A stretch of DNA of 64,000 bases, taken from contig CBDCWI010000002.1 of assembly GCA_965223325.1 (NCBI GenBank), positions 3,968,001 to 4,032,000 of the forward strand, read 5' to 3'. Below, one piece after another: positions 38,601-48,591 of this stretch. The translations under genes and the position numbers were made by a program. Numbering within the stretch: position 1 is the first letter of the stretch; every line of letters begins with the position of its first letter. Origin of the DNA: Candidatus Multivoradales bacterium (GTDB lineage: Bacteria > Acidobacteriota > Thermoanaerobaculia > Multivoradales > Multivoraceae). Below the pieces are notes generated by a model that searched no databases, was not told the DNA's origin, and saw nothing but the letters and a program-made list of their open reading frames with translations.

Positions 38601-39168
38601 CCTCGAGGTGGAGGCGGTCTGGCGCTTCTTCCCAGCACGAGCCGAGGGCAACGCGTTGGTCTTGTTCGATCCTGACGCCGAAGGTCGCGAAGCGGCACGC
38701 TTCGATCTGCCGCGGCAGGCGGGCGAGAACGGCCACTGCCTCGCCGACTATGTCCTCGCGGGCGACCATGTCGCCCTCTTTGTGACCACCGCGCGCGGTG
38801 CCCGCGAACGCGCCGAGCGATGGAAGAGTGAAGGTGAGTACTTGAAGAGCCACGGTATTGCCGCTCTCGCTCTCGAGACCGCCGAAGCCGCCGCCGAGCT
38901 GGTGCACATGCGCATGCGGGCGGCCTGGGGATTCGCCGACCCGCCGGAGATGACGCCGCGAGAACGCTTCGCGGCACGCTATCGCGGCAAGCGCTACAGT
39001 TTTGGCTATCCCGCCTGTCCGGACTTGGCAGATCAGCGCGCACTGTTTGCAGCGCTCGAGCCGGAGGACGTGGGCGTTCGCCTCACCGAGGGCGACATGA
39101 TGGATCCGGAGGCCTCGGTGTCGGCCCTCGTCTTTCATCATCCTGACGCCAAGTACTTCGGCGTCTGA
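35656..39168 (+). CDS. metH: Cobalamin-dependent methionine synthase
   Basis: LDGATGT, GLNC, GGCCGT, GERTN, TVKGDVHDIGKN, RYSFGYPACPD. Confidence 0.96.
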   Translation: MNPISLEALRAVKAPASPRPEDADARRRALFEALEERILVLDGATGTAMQGQDLGPEDFGGEELEGCNEILCVTRPDVVLDVHRHYLAAGADIVETNTFGATPLVLAEYDLAERAFELNKLAAQLARSACTEFDDEKARFVCGSMGPTTKAISVTGGVTFEELIEHYRIEALGLMAGGVDYLLLETCQDTRNVKAGLLGIDGAVRELGFEVPVAVSVTIETMGTMLGGQDAEALAVSLMHRELLYVGLNCATGPELMADHLRTLSELVRTRVACVPNAGLPDEDGEYNEGPEAFREVFGRFLDAGWLNLVGGCCGTTAAHVAELVALSAGRTPRVVPAHRRALVSGLEAVELTEDNRPLLVGERTNVLGSRKFKRLIAEESFEAAAEVGRAQVRGGAQVIDVCLQDTERDELADMEAFLDRLVRLVKVPLMIDSTDHEVMHRALTWCQGKAILNSINLEDGIERFEHVVPLAKRFGAALVVGLIDEQGMAVSVERKLEVAQRSYELLTGDYGVLPEDIWWDPLVFPCGTGDENYVGSAKATIDGVAAVRGAFPGTRTILGISNVSFGLPNAGREVLNSAFLFACTRAGLDAAIVNTEKLARYADIPAEERMLAERLLSLEVGDVAASETAVEEFTAHFRGRKSTVGAVERADLPLGERLARNIVEGTKEGLAEDLDAALADPAWPQPLDIINGPLMTGMAEVGRLFNDNELIVAEVLQSAEVMKAAVSQLEPHMESSGASASRGKVVLATVKGDVHDIGKNLVDIILSNNGFEVVNLGIKVPSEQLIQAVREHQPDVLGLSGLLVKSAQQMVLSAGDMQAVGVDPDLIVGGAALTRRFTHKKIAPAYGGFCTYAKDAMHGLDLVEQLCDASRRAQLIEQVAEVQRADQEAPENASRKARVVSETRSADVRLDLVPPRPPDLERHRETLVLDEVWEQLNPQMLFGKHLGFKGSVAKAQANGDAKLAKLEEIVGELKQLARDGALEVEAVWRFFPARAEGNALVLFDPDAEGREAARFDLPRQAGENGHCLADYVLAGDHVALFVTTARGARERAERWKSEGEYLKSHGIAALALETAEAAAELVHMRMRAAWGFADPPEMTPRERFAARYRGKRYSFGYPACPDLADQRALFAALEPEDVGVRLTEGDMMDPEASVSALVFHHPDAKYFGV

Positions 39169-39172
39169 GCGG

Positions 39173-39985
39173 ATGTCACACCCCGAGCCGCTCTGGGCAG
39201 AGGAGTTGGAGACCGCGCGGGCCGCACTGCGAGCGGCAGGCGATCTCGTCCTGCCGATGTTTCGCCAGGCGATCGCGGTTGACAACAAGAACCAGAACGA
39301 TTTCGATCCGGTCACTGCGGCCGACCGGGACGCGGAACGCCTTATTCGTCGTGAGCTCGAGAGGGAGTTTCCGGACGACGCGATCCTCGGCGAGGAAGAA
39401 GGAGAGCGCAGCGGTAGGAGTGGTCGCACCTGGATTCTCGACCCGATCGACGGGACCCGTGCTTTCGTCGCCGGGTTTCCACTTTGGGGCATGCTGCTGG
39501 GGCTCGAAGTGGACGATCGTCCGGTGCTCGGGTTGATGCATCAACCCTTCCTCGGCGAGACGTTCTCGGGCGTCGCTGGGGCGGGCGGGTCGTATGAGCG
39601 CCGCATCGGTGACGTCGTCGTCGAGCGTCCGCTTGCGGGCTCGAAAGTCGGAGATCTGGCCGAAGCGACGCTCTCGTCGACCACGCCGGAGCTCTTTGGT
39701 ACTCCGCGCACCTCGGATGCCTTCGCGCGCCTGTGCAGTGCCACCCGCATGACCCGTTACGGCTCCGACTGCTACGCCTATTGCCTGCTCGCTCTGGGGA
39801 CCGTCGATCTGGTCGTCGAGGAAGGCCTCAAGGCGGTCGACATCGCACCGCTCATCCCGATTATCGAGGCGGCCGGCGGTGTGGTGACGAGCGAAACCGG
39901 AGGCTCGGCGGCCCAGGGCGGTTTTGTCGTCGCAGCCGCCAACCCGGCTCTCCACCGGCAGGCCCTCGCCCTGCTAGACCTCTAG
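39173..39985 (+). CDS. hisN: Histidinol-phosphatase, inositol monophosphatase family
   Basis: FDPVTAAD, GEE, WILDPIDGT, DCYAYCLLA.G. Confidence 0.85.
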   Translation: MSHPEPLWAEELETARAALRAAGDLVLPMFRQAIAVDNKNQNDFDPVTAADRDAERLIRRELEREFPDDAILGEEEGERSGRSGRTWILDPIDGTRAFVAGFPLWGMLLGLEVDDRPVLGLMHQPFLGETFSGVAGAGGSYERRIGDVVVERPLAGSKVGDLAEATLSSTTPELFGTPRTSDAFARLCSATRMTRYGSDCYAYCLLALGTVDLVVEEGLKAVDIAPLIPIIEAAGGVVTSETGGSAAQGGFVVAAANPALHRQALALLDL

Positions 39986-40000
39986 CTGGGCTGCCAGGTC

Positions 40001-41539
40001 TCAGGGTGACGGCGGATTGAGCCGACGGTCGAACTCTGGCGGCGCGCGTTCGAACGAGGCACGATGATGCGCTACCGTGCTCTCGATCGCGGCCACCACT
40101 TCGGGGTGTTCGGCGGCAACGTCGAAGCGCTCCTCCGGATCGCGGTGGAGGTCGTAGAGAAGCGGAGGGTCGTGCTCGGCGCGCGCCGGGGGCGCGCCAT
40201 AGGCGCCTTCGGTGACGAAGTGCAGCTTGAACCGCCCCTGCCGCCAAGCGCGTAGTTCGCCGCTGCGGTAATACGCGATTCCCTCGTCTGATGCGGGTTC
40301 TCGGTCCCTTAGAAGGGGCATCAGATCTGTTCCGTCGAGGCTGATCTCCTCCGGTGCCGGAACGCCGGCCAGCGCCAGGGCGGTGGGGAAGATATCGAGG
40401 GTGCTCCTGGGTACGCTCGACACCCCAGGCGCGATCACACCCGGCCACCAGAAGATCGCCGGCACTCGCATGCCACCCTCGAAGGTCTCGCCTTTGCCGC
40501 CGCGCAAGAGTCCGGCGCTGCCGCCGTGCTGGTTGAGGGTGCGCCAGGGCCCGTTGTCGCTGGTGAAGACCACCAGCGTGTTCTCGGCCAATCCACCTTG
40601 GCGAAGCGCTTGGGCGATTCGGCCGACGTTGGCGTCGAGCTCTTCAATGACGTCGCCGTAGAGGCCCGCGAGGCTCTGGCCCTCGAAGTCGGCGCTCCGG
40701 AACAGGGGCACGTGCGGCATGGTGTAAGGAACGTAGAGCAGAAACGGTCGCGAGTCGGCCTGGCGTTGTTTCAGAAACTGGAGCGCGCGATCCGTGTAGC
40801 GCTCGGTCAAGGTGGTCTGGTCGGCGGGTCGCTCGACGGTTCGATCTTCGAACGTATCGCCGGTGCGGCGGCTTTCAAAGAGCGGTACGTTCCAGAAGTC
40901 GACCTCAGGTGCGAAGTAGGCAGCACGCTTCTTTGCCCGGTCGGCGGCGAGGTCTTCGGTGCGCCCGCTAGCGACCGCTCGCAGGGTCTCTGGAAAGTCC
41001 ATGCCGACTTCCCAGTCCATGTCGTTCGAGTAGGGCAGACCGAGCCATTCATCGAAACCATGGCGGGTCGGCCACGCCTCGGGGCGGTCGCCGAGGTGCC
41101 ATTTACCAAAAACCGCCGTCGCGTAGCCAGCGTCGCGGAGCACCTCGGCGAGAGTCAGCTCGCGTTCCGGCAGACCTCCGGGGTCGTCCGGAAAATACAC
41201 CCCGATGCGTTCGCCGTAGAGTCCCGTGCGCACCGGCAGGCGGCCGGTGAGGAGGGCACCGCGACTCGGTGAACACACCGGCGCGGCGACGTAGAAGTCG
41301 GTCATGCGCAGACCTTCACGTGCCATCTGGTCGAGGTGGGGTGTGCGGATCGTTGGGTGACCGAAACTGCCAAGGTCGCCGTAACCGAGATCGTCGGCAA
41401 ACAGGATCACGATGTTGGGGGGTGTCGGGCTTTCGTTCGCCCCCTGTTCGGCGACGCTCTGTGGGTCGCATGCCGCCAGAAGAAGTGCGCCCCAAGCGAG
41501 CACGGCGAGTCTGATCCCCGTTGCTCCGGGCCCTTTCAT
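40001..41539 (-). CDS. Arylsulfatase (formylglycine-dependent), probable lipoprotein
   Basis: LLAAC lipobox, PNIV..FADDLGYGD, CSPSRGALLTG, GKWHLG, SDNG. Start reassigned to ATG 41539. Confidence 0.92.
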   Translation of the reverse strand: MKGPGATGIRLAVLAWGALLLAACDPQSVAEQGANESPTPPNIVILFADDLGYGDLGSFGHPTIRTPHLDQMAREGLRMTDFYVAAPVCSPSRGALLTGRLPVRTGLYGERIGVYFPDDPGGLPERELTLAEVLRDAGYATAVFGKWHLGDRPEAWPTRHGFDEWLGLPYSNDMDWEVGMDFPETLRAVASGRTEDLAADRAKKRAAYFAPEVDFWNVPLFESRRTGDTFEDRTVERPADQTTLTERYTDRALQFLKQRQADSRPFLLYVPYTMPHVPLFRSADFEGQSLAGLYGDVIEELDANVGRIAQALRQGGLAENTLVVFTSDNGPWRTLNQHGGSAGLLRGGKGETFEGGMRVPAIFWWPGVIAPGVSSVPRSTLDIFPTALALAGVPAPEEISLDGTDLMPLLRDREPASDEGIAYYRSGELRAWRQGRFKLHFVTEGAYGAPPARAEHDPPLLYDLHRDPEERFDVAAEHPEVVAAIESTVAHHRASFERAPPEFDRRLNPPSP

Positions 41540-41543
41540 CGCC

Positions 41544-43128
41544 CTAGTCCTGTGGCTGATCGAAGCGTGGAACAAGCGTCGCCCCCGTATCGTCGATGCG
41601 TTCCTGAAGAGCCGTCCACATCGAGTTGAAGAGCGAACGCAGTTCTTCATCGTCGGTGCCTTCTCCGAACAGATCGAGCAACACCGGAACGCGCAGTCTG
41701 GGCCCCAGCACCCGTGAATCAATGTTGCCGATCCCGGCTCGGGTGCGATAGTCCGCGATGAGGTTGTGGCGTTCCTCCGGGTCCCGTGCGAGGTCGTAGA
41801 GCTCCCAGCCATCCCAGACGCCGTGCGTGACGATGAGTTTGTGCGTGTCGGTACGGAGCGCGAAGGTGGTGGGGGTTTGAGGGAACGCCCACTCCCAGAA
41901 GTACTCGTAGAGAAACGAAGAGCGCCACGGCGGCCGTCCCTCGGGTGCGGCCTCGAGCAGTGGAACGAAAGACCGCCCGTCGATTGCCTCAGGCTGTACG
42001 GTACCGGCCATGTCGATGAAGGTGGGTGCGAAGTCAATGTTGAGCACCATTTCTGGTCGTCGGGTGGGTTCGGTGCCCGGAACCCGAACGATCAGCGGCA
42101 CGCGAATCGACGCCTCGTAGGCGGTCCGTTTGTCGATCAGGCCGTGTTCGCCGAACTGAAACCCGTTGTCTGACGTGAAGACGACGACCGTGCGTTGGTC
42201 GAGGCCCAGCCTTCCAAGCGCTTCGAGTAGCCGTCCCGTCGAGTCGTCGACGGCGCGCAGGGCCTCGGCGTAGTCGCGCGTAAAGGTACCCATATCGCTC
42301 GTGCGGTTGTACATGCCGTCGACGCCGTGCCAGCTCATGCGTTGTGCGCGCACCCAATCGGGTTTGCCACGGTAGTTCTCGTCGTTGTCTGCCATCGACT
42401 CGGGAAATGGATACGCACGGTCTTTGTAGCTTCCGGCATGGCGGGTTGCGGGTTGAAAGGGTGAATGCACCGCCTTGTGAGACAGGTAGAGCAGGAAGGG
42501 CTGCTTCTTTTGTGCGGCACTCTCGAGGAACTCGATTGCATGATCGGTCAGCCGGTCGGTGATGTAGCCGTCACCGGCGACCCGCTTGCCATCGATGTTG
42601 AAAGCCTGATCGACATAGGTTCCCTGGCCGGGGAACGATACCCATCGGTTCCAGCCCGGCCGCGGTGAGTCGTTCTCGCCGCCCATGTGCCACTTGCCGA
42701 TGAAGGCCGTGTCGTAGCCTGCGGCTTGCAGCGCAGTTCCGAATGTTGGTAGCTCGGGCTCGAGCGGTACTCGGTTGGCCAGCACGCCGTGTTTGTGCGC
42801 CAGTTGACCGGTGAGGATCGAGGCGCGGCTCGGAGAGCACAGTGAGGTGGTCACGAAAGCGTTCTCGAAGACGACGCTCTCGCTGGCGAGGCGGTCGAGG
42901 TGGGGTGTTTCAAAGAACGTGTTGCCGAGCGCGCGCGCGCCATCGAAGCGTTGATCATCGGTGAGGATGAAAACGATCGACGGACGATCGAGCGTGGTCT
43001 CGGCCTGGGCAGGACTGCTCAGTCCATGCGAAGACCAGGAAGATCGAAAGCGTCAGGCAAAGGAGCGTTCGGCGTTTGCAGGCGGCTGTTCCCAGCGGCA
43101 CGCTGGTTCTGGCTCTCGGAGATGGCAT
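41544..43128 (-). pseudogene. Sulfatase (N-acetylglucosamine-6-sulfatase-like) with a frameshift in the signal-peptide region
   Basis: The catalytic frame extends upstream of 42854 (AQAETTLDRPSIVFILTDDQRFD...CSPSRASILTG), but the signal peptide from ATG 43128 is in another frame; shift near 43026. Confidence 0.7.
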
Positions 43129-43175
43129 TCGGCAAGCTAACATGCCGCGCTACCGGAGGAGAGCCCACCTCGAGT

Positions 43176-45140
43176 TCAGTTGTCGGCTCGTGATCCCAGC
43201 CATGCGTTGCGCCGTGCGGACACCTCGCCGGTCACCGCGCGTCCCAGGTCTTCGAAACGACGCACGGACAGCGTCGGATCGGCGGCAGTCGTGATCGAGA
43301 CCCGGCGTTCTTCGCCATCGCGGAACCGCACCAGGGCCTCCACGACGTCGCCAGGCTCGTGAGTCGCGAGGACCTCCTCGAGGTCTGCGCGGTGCTTCAA
43401 CTCGCGGTCCGCCAGCCGCAAGATCGCGTCGCCACGATCGAGGTCGGCCACGTAGAGCGGTGAACCGTGGGTTGTGCCGGAGTCGAGGAGAGCACCCGTC
43501 ATGCCGAAAGAGAGCGTCGCGTGGCCGAGCCATGCCCGATCCGGATTCTGCTGGGTGAGGGCGAAACCGAAGGGCTCGAGCAAGCCGTCGAAGTCCGGGG
43601 CTTCGCCGCCGTCGATGGACCGGCGGAAGAAGTCGTCTGCTAATGACGCTCCTGCGAACTCGACCAGCGAGGCCCGTAGATCTCCCAGGGTGTAGGGGAT
43701 TTCTGGATCTCCGTAGGCCCGCCAGAGAGACGCCATCCAGTCGTCGAGTGTCAGTTCCCTCTCTAGCCGCAGTTTCAGATCGAGCCACAGACCCAGAGCA
43801 TCACCCCAGCTGTAGTAGTGCAAGTAGGTGTTGTGACGGTTGGTCGGGTCCGCCCACACGCCGCGATCGAAGAAGGCGGCCTGTTGACTGGCGAGGCGTG
43901 GCGATGAAACACGAGGGGCCGGACTCTTTGCCATCGTGTTGATGACGTTGGACAGATTGGCGGCGTAGCGCTGGTGTGACCAGAGGCCAGCGCGAGTGAG
44001 GATCAGCCCGGTGTAGTGGTTGGTGAAACCCTCGGCAAACCACAGCGCTTCCGAGGACTCGAGGCGTGCGAAGTCGAACGGCTCGAGGTCGGCCGGGCGC
44101 AGCCGCTCCACATTCCAGGCGTGGAAGAACTCGTGCACCGCGGTGGCGATGAGGTCGGTAGCGGACGTCGCAAGGGGTCGCGGTGAAGTGAGCGGAGTCG
44201 AGTTTCGGTGTTCCATCGCATCGCCGCGCGCCCAGGGCAGGTAGTCAGCGAAGAAGGTGTAGGTGCCGTAGTCGAAACGCGGGAGCTCACCCCAGACCGC
44301 CGTCGTTTCTGCAACCAGCGCCCGCAGATTCGTGACGTAGAGCGCGGCGTCTTCTGCGGTGCCCTGATGGTGGATGGCGAACCGGAACTCAGCCTGACGG
44401 CCGTTCTCACCGGCACTCCATGAAGACCACTCGAGCGGTCCGATCTCTGTTGGTGAGTCGAGAAAGTACTGAAGGTCGTGGGCCCGAAAACGATGGGGTT
44501 GATCGGTCGGCGCCAGTTGGGTGGCGACGCTCCAGTCCGGGTCCGGGAGGTCGACGAGGAGTTCGATCGGTCGTTCTTCGAGGCCGGCAGCCCAGGCGAA
44601 GGTGGCGGGCATGTTGAGGTGGGCGTGCGTACGATCGATGGCGGTGTAGGTGCCGTCGATCTGATCTCCGTAGAGTGTGTAGCGCAGCAGGACCGTGCCC
44701 TCGTGGTATGGCACCAGCCAGCCGTGCGGACCTTCGTTTAGAACCTCGAGCGGCGCACCGTCTGCTGTTTCGGCCTCGACCGCCGAGACGTTCTTGGCGA
44801 ACTCGTGCAGGCGATAGCGGCCGGGTGAGGAACGGCTCATGCGAACCTCGAGCGGGCCGGGGGGCAAGTCCCTCCAGATCACGGTAACCAGCGCCTCGTG
44901 ATGCACGCGGTTGCTGAGGTCTAGGTGGTACTCGATCGGCGCCAGTTCGGCGGGTTGTTCTCTCGCCTGTGCTTCGGTCGCCAGTGCTTCGGTCGCCACC
45001 GCGTCGCTCGTTTCGGCGACCGGCTCCTCTTGCGCGTCTGCGCGCACGCAGAAGCTGGCCGCGCCAACGACAAGGGCCAGCGCGGCGGTTGAAACGAAAG
45101 ACCTGTCGGAAAGAGTCGAGCAAAGCGGGCGGTGCCTCAT
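43176..45140 (-). CDS. M61 glycyl aminopeptidase family metallopeptidase with PDZ domain
   Basis: SPGRY, MEHRNST, HEFFHAWNVER.RP, LWFAEGFT, C-terminal PDZ. Confidence 0.92.
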   Translation of the reverse strand: MRHRPLCSTLSDRSFVSTAALALVVGAASFCVRADAQEEPVAETSDAVATEALATEAQAREQPAELAPIEYHLDLSNRVHHEALVTVIWRDLPPGPLEVRMSRSSPGRYRLHEFAKNVSAVEAETADGAPLEVLNEGPHGWLVPYHEGTVLLRYTLYGDQIDGTYTAIDRTHAHLNMPATFAWAAGLEERPIELLVDLPDPDWSVATQLAPTDQPHRFRAHDLQYFLDSPTEIGPLEWSSWSAGENGRQAEFRFAIHHQGTAEDAALYVTNLRALVAETTAVWGELPRFDYGTYTFFADYLPWARGDAMEHRNSTPLTSPRPLATSATDLIATAVHEFFHAWNVERLRPADLEPFDFARLESSEALWFAEGFTNHYTGLILTRAGLWSHQRYAANLSNVINTMAKSPAPRVSSPRLASQQAAFFDRGVWADPTNRHNTYLHYYSWGDALGLWLDLKLRLERELTLDDWMASLWRAYGDPEIPYTLGDLRASLVEFAGASLADDFFRRSIDGGEAPDFDGLLEPFGFALTQQNPDRAWLGHATLSFGMTGALLDSGTTHGSPLYVADLDRGDAILRLADRELKHRADLEEVLATHEPGDVVEALVRFRDGEERRVSITTAADPTLSVRRFEDLGRAVTGEVSARRNAWLGSRADN

Positions 45141-45162
45141 GCCGCTAGCCTATAGAAGCCCT

Positions 45163-48100
45163 CTACGGTCTCTCGCTCGACCACTCGCTGGTGTCTGAAG
45201 ACTCAAACGAGTCGGCGAACAAGATGCCAGTGTCTGCACAAGCGAAGCTTGCGGGTGTCAACACGAGCGACCATTCATCGAGGGTTCCCGGGTCAGGACT
45301 CACGTGGTCGGCGACAAAGAGGTGCCAGTCGCCTGCCGCATTGTCGCCTTCGTAGCCGGCCATCTGATCGACTGGGTCGCTGCCGGAAAGCGCCGGCGAG
45401 TTGAGCGACGGCAACCAGCTGCCAGTGAACGGAGCCTGGGTCTCGGTTGCCACCAGCAGGTCGTTGGCGGAGTCGCCGTCGATGGTGGTGTCGGTAAAGT
45501 CCTCGCCACAGTTGCCACCAAGCGCGAGGCTGCCCTCGCAGGCGCCGGCGAGCCGGTAGATGACGTCGGTTCCGAAGCCGTTCGGGGCGCGCGGCATGAC
45601 CGTCAGGTCGCCGACCCAGGTATGCGACAGCCCGTCGATGCGCACGTCGGCGTCGGTGACTTTGAAGGTGTCCGGGACGTTCAGAGTGTCAAAGGCGCCG
45701 CTGCCCCTCCCGTCGGGAATCGAGAGCGGGGTACTCAGATCGCGGGTATAGGTCGAGGGGGTGCCGGGGCCCACCTCCCCGCCGAGCCAGATCGAGACCG
45801 CGACTTCGCCCGAGCCGAGACTGCTCGAGGTGTCGATGACGAACTCGGCCAGTCGGCCGCATTCGATCGCTGGGAGGACGAACTCGAAGCTGTCACCAGT
45901 CGCCTGGCCGCCGGCGGCTATCGGGCCGAAGGCCGCGGAGTCGTCGTAGATGGTGCCGAGCAGGATCGAACCTTCGTCGACCGTAGAAAGCGTTGCGGTG
46001 GCGCCCGCGATGTCGCGGCTGGAGTGGCTCCATGGGTTGCGGAGCGTGACGGTCAATCGGATGCGTTCGCCGGGCTCGGGGAAACCATTGCCGTTACCCA
46101 CCGAGTCATCGATGGAAAACATGGCGGCTTCCAGCTGCGGAACGTCGAAGGACTCCTTGACGCCGTAGTGCTCGCTCGCTGCTCGTGACGTCGTCGCACC
46201 GAAACCGAGGCCGCGATCGGCGAAACCAGCCCATATCGAGCCTTCGTTGGCGCATGCGTTGGTAGCGCAGTCGGCGTCGAGGATCGCGTCCCGGGCATCG
46301 ATGAAGGTGGGATCGGCGGGCGTCATCTTGAGCCCGTCGGTGACCAGCTGGAGCATGATCTCGTTGCCGAGTGCAACGTCATCACCGTTGGCTTCAATGA
46401 TGCGTTGGCGGACTTCCCACAACGCCAGCGCCCAGACCTCGCCGGCGTTGTGAACTTCCGATGCGCCGCCGGCGTTGAAGTCGAGTGGGCTGGTGGTGAT
46501 TCCGCCGCTGGTGTCGATGAGGATGTTGTCGGTGTCACCGAATGTCAGTGGGTTGACCGCGTTGTCGGTGCTGTAGGGGAAGCGCCGGATGCCATACAGG
46601 TAGTTGTCAGTCAGTCCGGCGAGCTGGTAGGTGGCGTAGGCGCCCGAGGCGTAGCTCGCCCCTGGTGCGTCGCCTGCGGTTGGGTTGAGCAGCGCAAGAG
46701 CATAGAAGTCACTCCACCCTTCGCCCATCGCTCCGCCCTGTGCCCAATTGAGGCCTGTGCCGTTGCCGACCAGACGGTTGCTGGTGCCGTGAGTGAGTTC
46801 GTGGATGACGATCTCCGCATCGAGACTGCCGTCACGATCGGGAGACGAACCGTCGAAGACGAACATCTGCATGCGCCCGGAGGACCCATCGGGAGGTGTC
46901 GAGAAGTTGGCGTTGTTGGTTCCGCTGCCATCGTGGGCCTCGGCGAGCACCCGGTCGCCGCCCGAACCCTGTCCGGTCGAGTTCACCTCTTCGAAGTTGC
47001 CCGAGGCCTCGTCGAACCCCAGAGAGTGCAGACGGTCGTGGTACCAGTTGGTGACGTAGAAGAGCTGGGTGACGGCCCCACGACGGAACGGGGCCACCAG
47101 AGGCGCGTCGCCAGCGTCCGGGTCACCCGCTGAAGGTGCCGGCGTGTAGTCGTAGTCGCGCGGCGCACTCCCCAGGAAGTCGCGGTCGCGACCGTTGGTG
47201 TCCGGGTTGCCGGTTGGCCGTCCGGTCGCGTCGAGCAGGGCGTCCGGCAGGTTGTCGGCGTCGGTGTCGAGGTAGGCATCGACGTTGTTCCCAGTGGTGG
47301 TGCTGACGCCGTTCGCCAGCCAGCCTTCCGGGCTTGCCGCCGAATCGTAGGCGTCGAGCATCGATACGACGGTGCGCGCAATCTCAGCCGGCTGCGTTCC
47401 ATCGCCCGGGTCGAGCGTCGTCGGCGAAAGCGGCGCTGGGTTGTCAGCCGGGGTGACCCCGTCGGCCTGAACGTAGACCGAGAAGCGCGCGTCGTGGAGC
47501 GAGGGTGCACCGCGGGTTGTCAACCGCTCTGCGTCTTCTGTTGCGCCGAGGTGGCTGCGAATGTTCTTGCGCCAGAGCAACGTGCCGTCGACGGCGGAGT
47601 GAAGGCTGATCCAATCGCCAGGGCCATCGGTGAACGTGATGTGCGCCCAGGCCGGAACCAGTTCTCCACCGGCGAGGGGAAACAAGACTTGCCACGACTT
47701 GACCGGTCCGCGCACGCGCGTGCTGGACACTGCCAGGTGGTCGGCTGAAAGGCGGCGGATGGCCTGCCGCTCGAGGTTGATGCCGAGATCGGAGAGGGCG
47801 TGGTTGAGGCTCTCTTCAGCAGACAGGGTAAACGCCGGCGCCGCGGTGCGCGACGAGCCCGGCACCAGGCGGCCGACAGTACGACGTACGCGGTTTTGAC
47901 GGTCGAAGAAGACCTTCATCTCACCCTGGAACACCGGCAGCCCGCCAACCCGCTGCTCCAGTCGAACCATGCCGAGGCCGGTTGGAGACAGGCTCTCGCC
48001 AACCACCGTGAGAGCTTCCCGGTTGGTACCGATTCCGTAGAGGTCGGCGTGTTCGATCAGGAACGAGAGCGCCAGGTCAGAGGGTGAACGGCCGAGCTCA

Positions 48101-48459
48101 CCAGCGGTCAGCGCACCGCGACGCGCGCTGACCACCTCGGTCATCCCAAGGGCCCCGCGCTGGGCCTCTGCATAGGCTGACTCCTCGCGGAGTCGGTCGA
48201 GCGCGTGGTCGAAAGCGCGATTGCGCATCTCGCTGGTCGCCGCCAGGCTACGCGAATCGCCACCTACCGACTGCCGGACCGCTGCCAGCTCCTGGTCGCC
48301 GATGAGCCGGATGTCGTAGTTGCCGAGCGCCGCCTCGTACCGGTTTTCAGGTTGAAGTGGTGCGCGTTGGGCGGCGACACTGGACGTCCACGCGACCAGC
48401 GCAGCGAAGAGAACGATGGGAAGGGGAGCAGAGCGACGAAAGCTGGACGAGAGAGACAT
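45163..48459 (-). CDS. M36 (fungalysin) metallopeptidase with FTP propeptide, P-domain and C-terminal FADSFES tail
   Basis: Signal peptide from ATG 48459; GFDEASGNF, NNANF.TPPDG, HELTHG, MGEGWSD, HNAGEVW, HTWVGDL. Confidence 0.9.
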   Translation of the reverse strand: MSLSSSFRRSAPLPIVLFAALVAWTSSVAAQRAPLQPENRYEAALGNYDIRLIGDQELAAVRQSVGGDSRSLAATSEMRNRAFDHALDRLREESAYAEAQRGALGMTEVVSARRGALTAGELGRSPSDLALSFLIEHADLYGIGTNREALTVVGESLSPTGLGMVRLEQRVGGLPVFQGEMKVFFDRQNRVRRTVGRLVPGSSRTAAPAFTLSAEESLNHALSDLGINLERQAIRRLSADHLAVSSTRVRGPVKSWQVLFPLAGGELVPAWAHITFTDGPGDWISLHSAVDGTLLWRKNIRSHLGATEDAERLTTRGAPSLHDARFSVYVQADGVTPADNPAPLSPTTLDPGDGTQPAEIARTVVSMLDAYDSAASPEGWLANGVSTTTGNNVDAYLDTDADNLPDALLDATGRPTGNPDTNGRDRDFLGSAPRDYDYTPAPSAGDPDAGDAPLVAPFRRGAVTQLFYVTNWYHDRLHSLGFDEASGNFEEVNSTGQGSGGDRVLAEAHDGSGTNNANFSTPPDGSSGRMQMFVFDGSSPDRDGSLDAEIVIHELTHGTSNRLVGNGTGLNWAQGGAMGEGWSDFYALALLNPTAGDAPGASYASGAYATYQLAGLTDNYLYGIRRFPYSTDNAVNPLTFGDTDNILIDTSGGITTSPLDFNAGGASEVHNAGEVWALALWEVRQRIIEANGDDVALGNEIMLQLVTDGLKMTPADPTFIDARDAILDADCATNACANEGSIWAGFADRGLGFGATTSRAASEHYGVKESFDVPQLEAAMFSIDDSVGNGNGFPEPGERIRLTVTLRNPWSHSSRDIAGATATLSTVDEGSILLGTIYDDSAAFGPIAAGGQATGDSFEFVLPAIECGRLAEFVIDTSSSLGSGEVAVSIWLGGEVGPGTPSTYTRDLSTPLSIPDGRGSGAFDTLNVPDTFKVTDADVRIDGLSHTWVGDLTVMPRAPNGFGTDVIYRLAGACEGSLALGGNCGEDFTDTTIDGDSANDLLVATETQAPFTGSWLPSLNSPALSGSDPVDQMAGYEGDNAAGDWHLFVADHVSPDPGTLDEWSLVLTPASFACADTGILFADSFESSDTSEWSSERP

Positions 48460-48591
48460 GAGTGGGGTCCTCGGGCAGAAGCCCGTCAAAACAACATATT
48501 CGACTAATTCTATTCTTTCTAGCCTCAAATCCGAAATCCGGCTGGGCCTGCACAGGTACAGTGAGGCGATCAACCAAGAGAGGAGTCGCCC

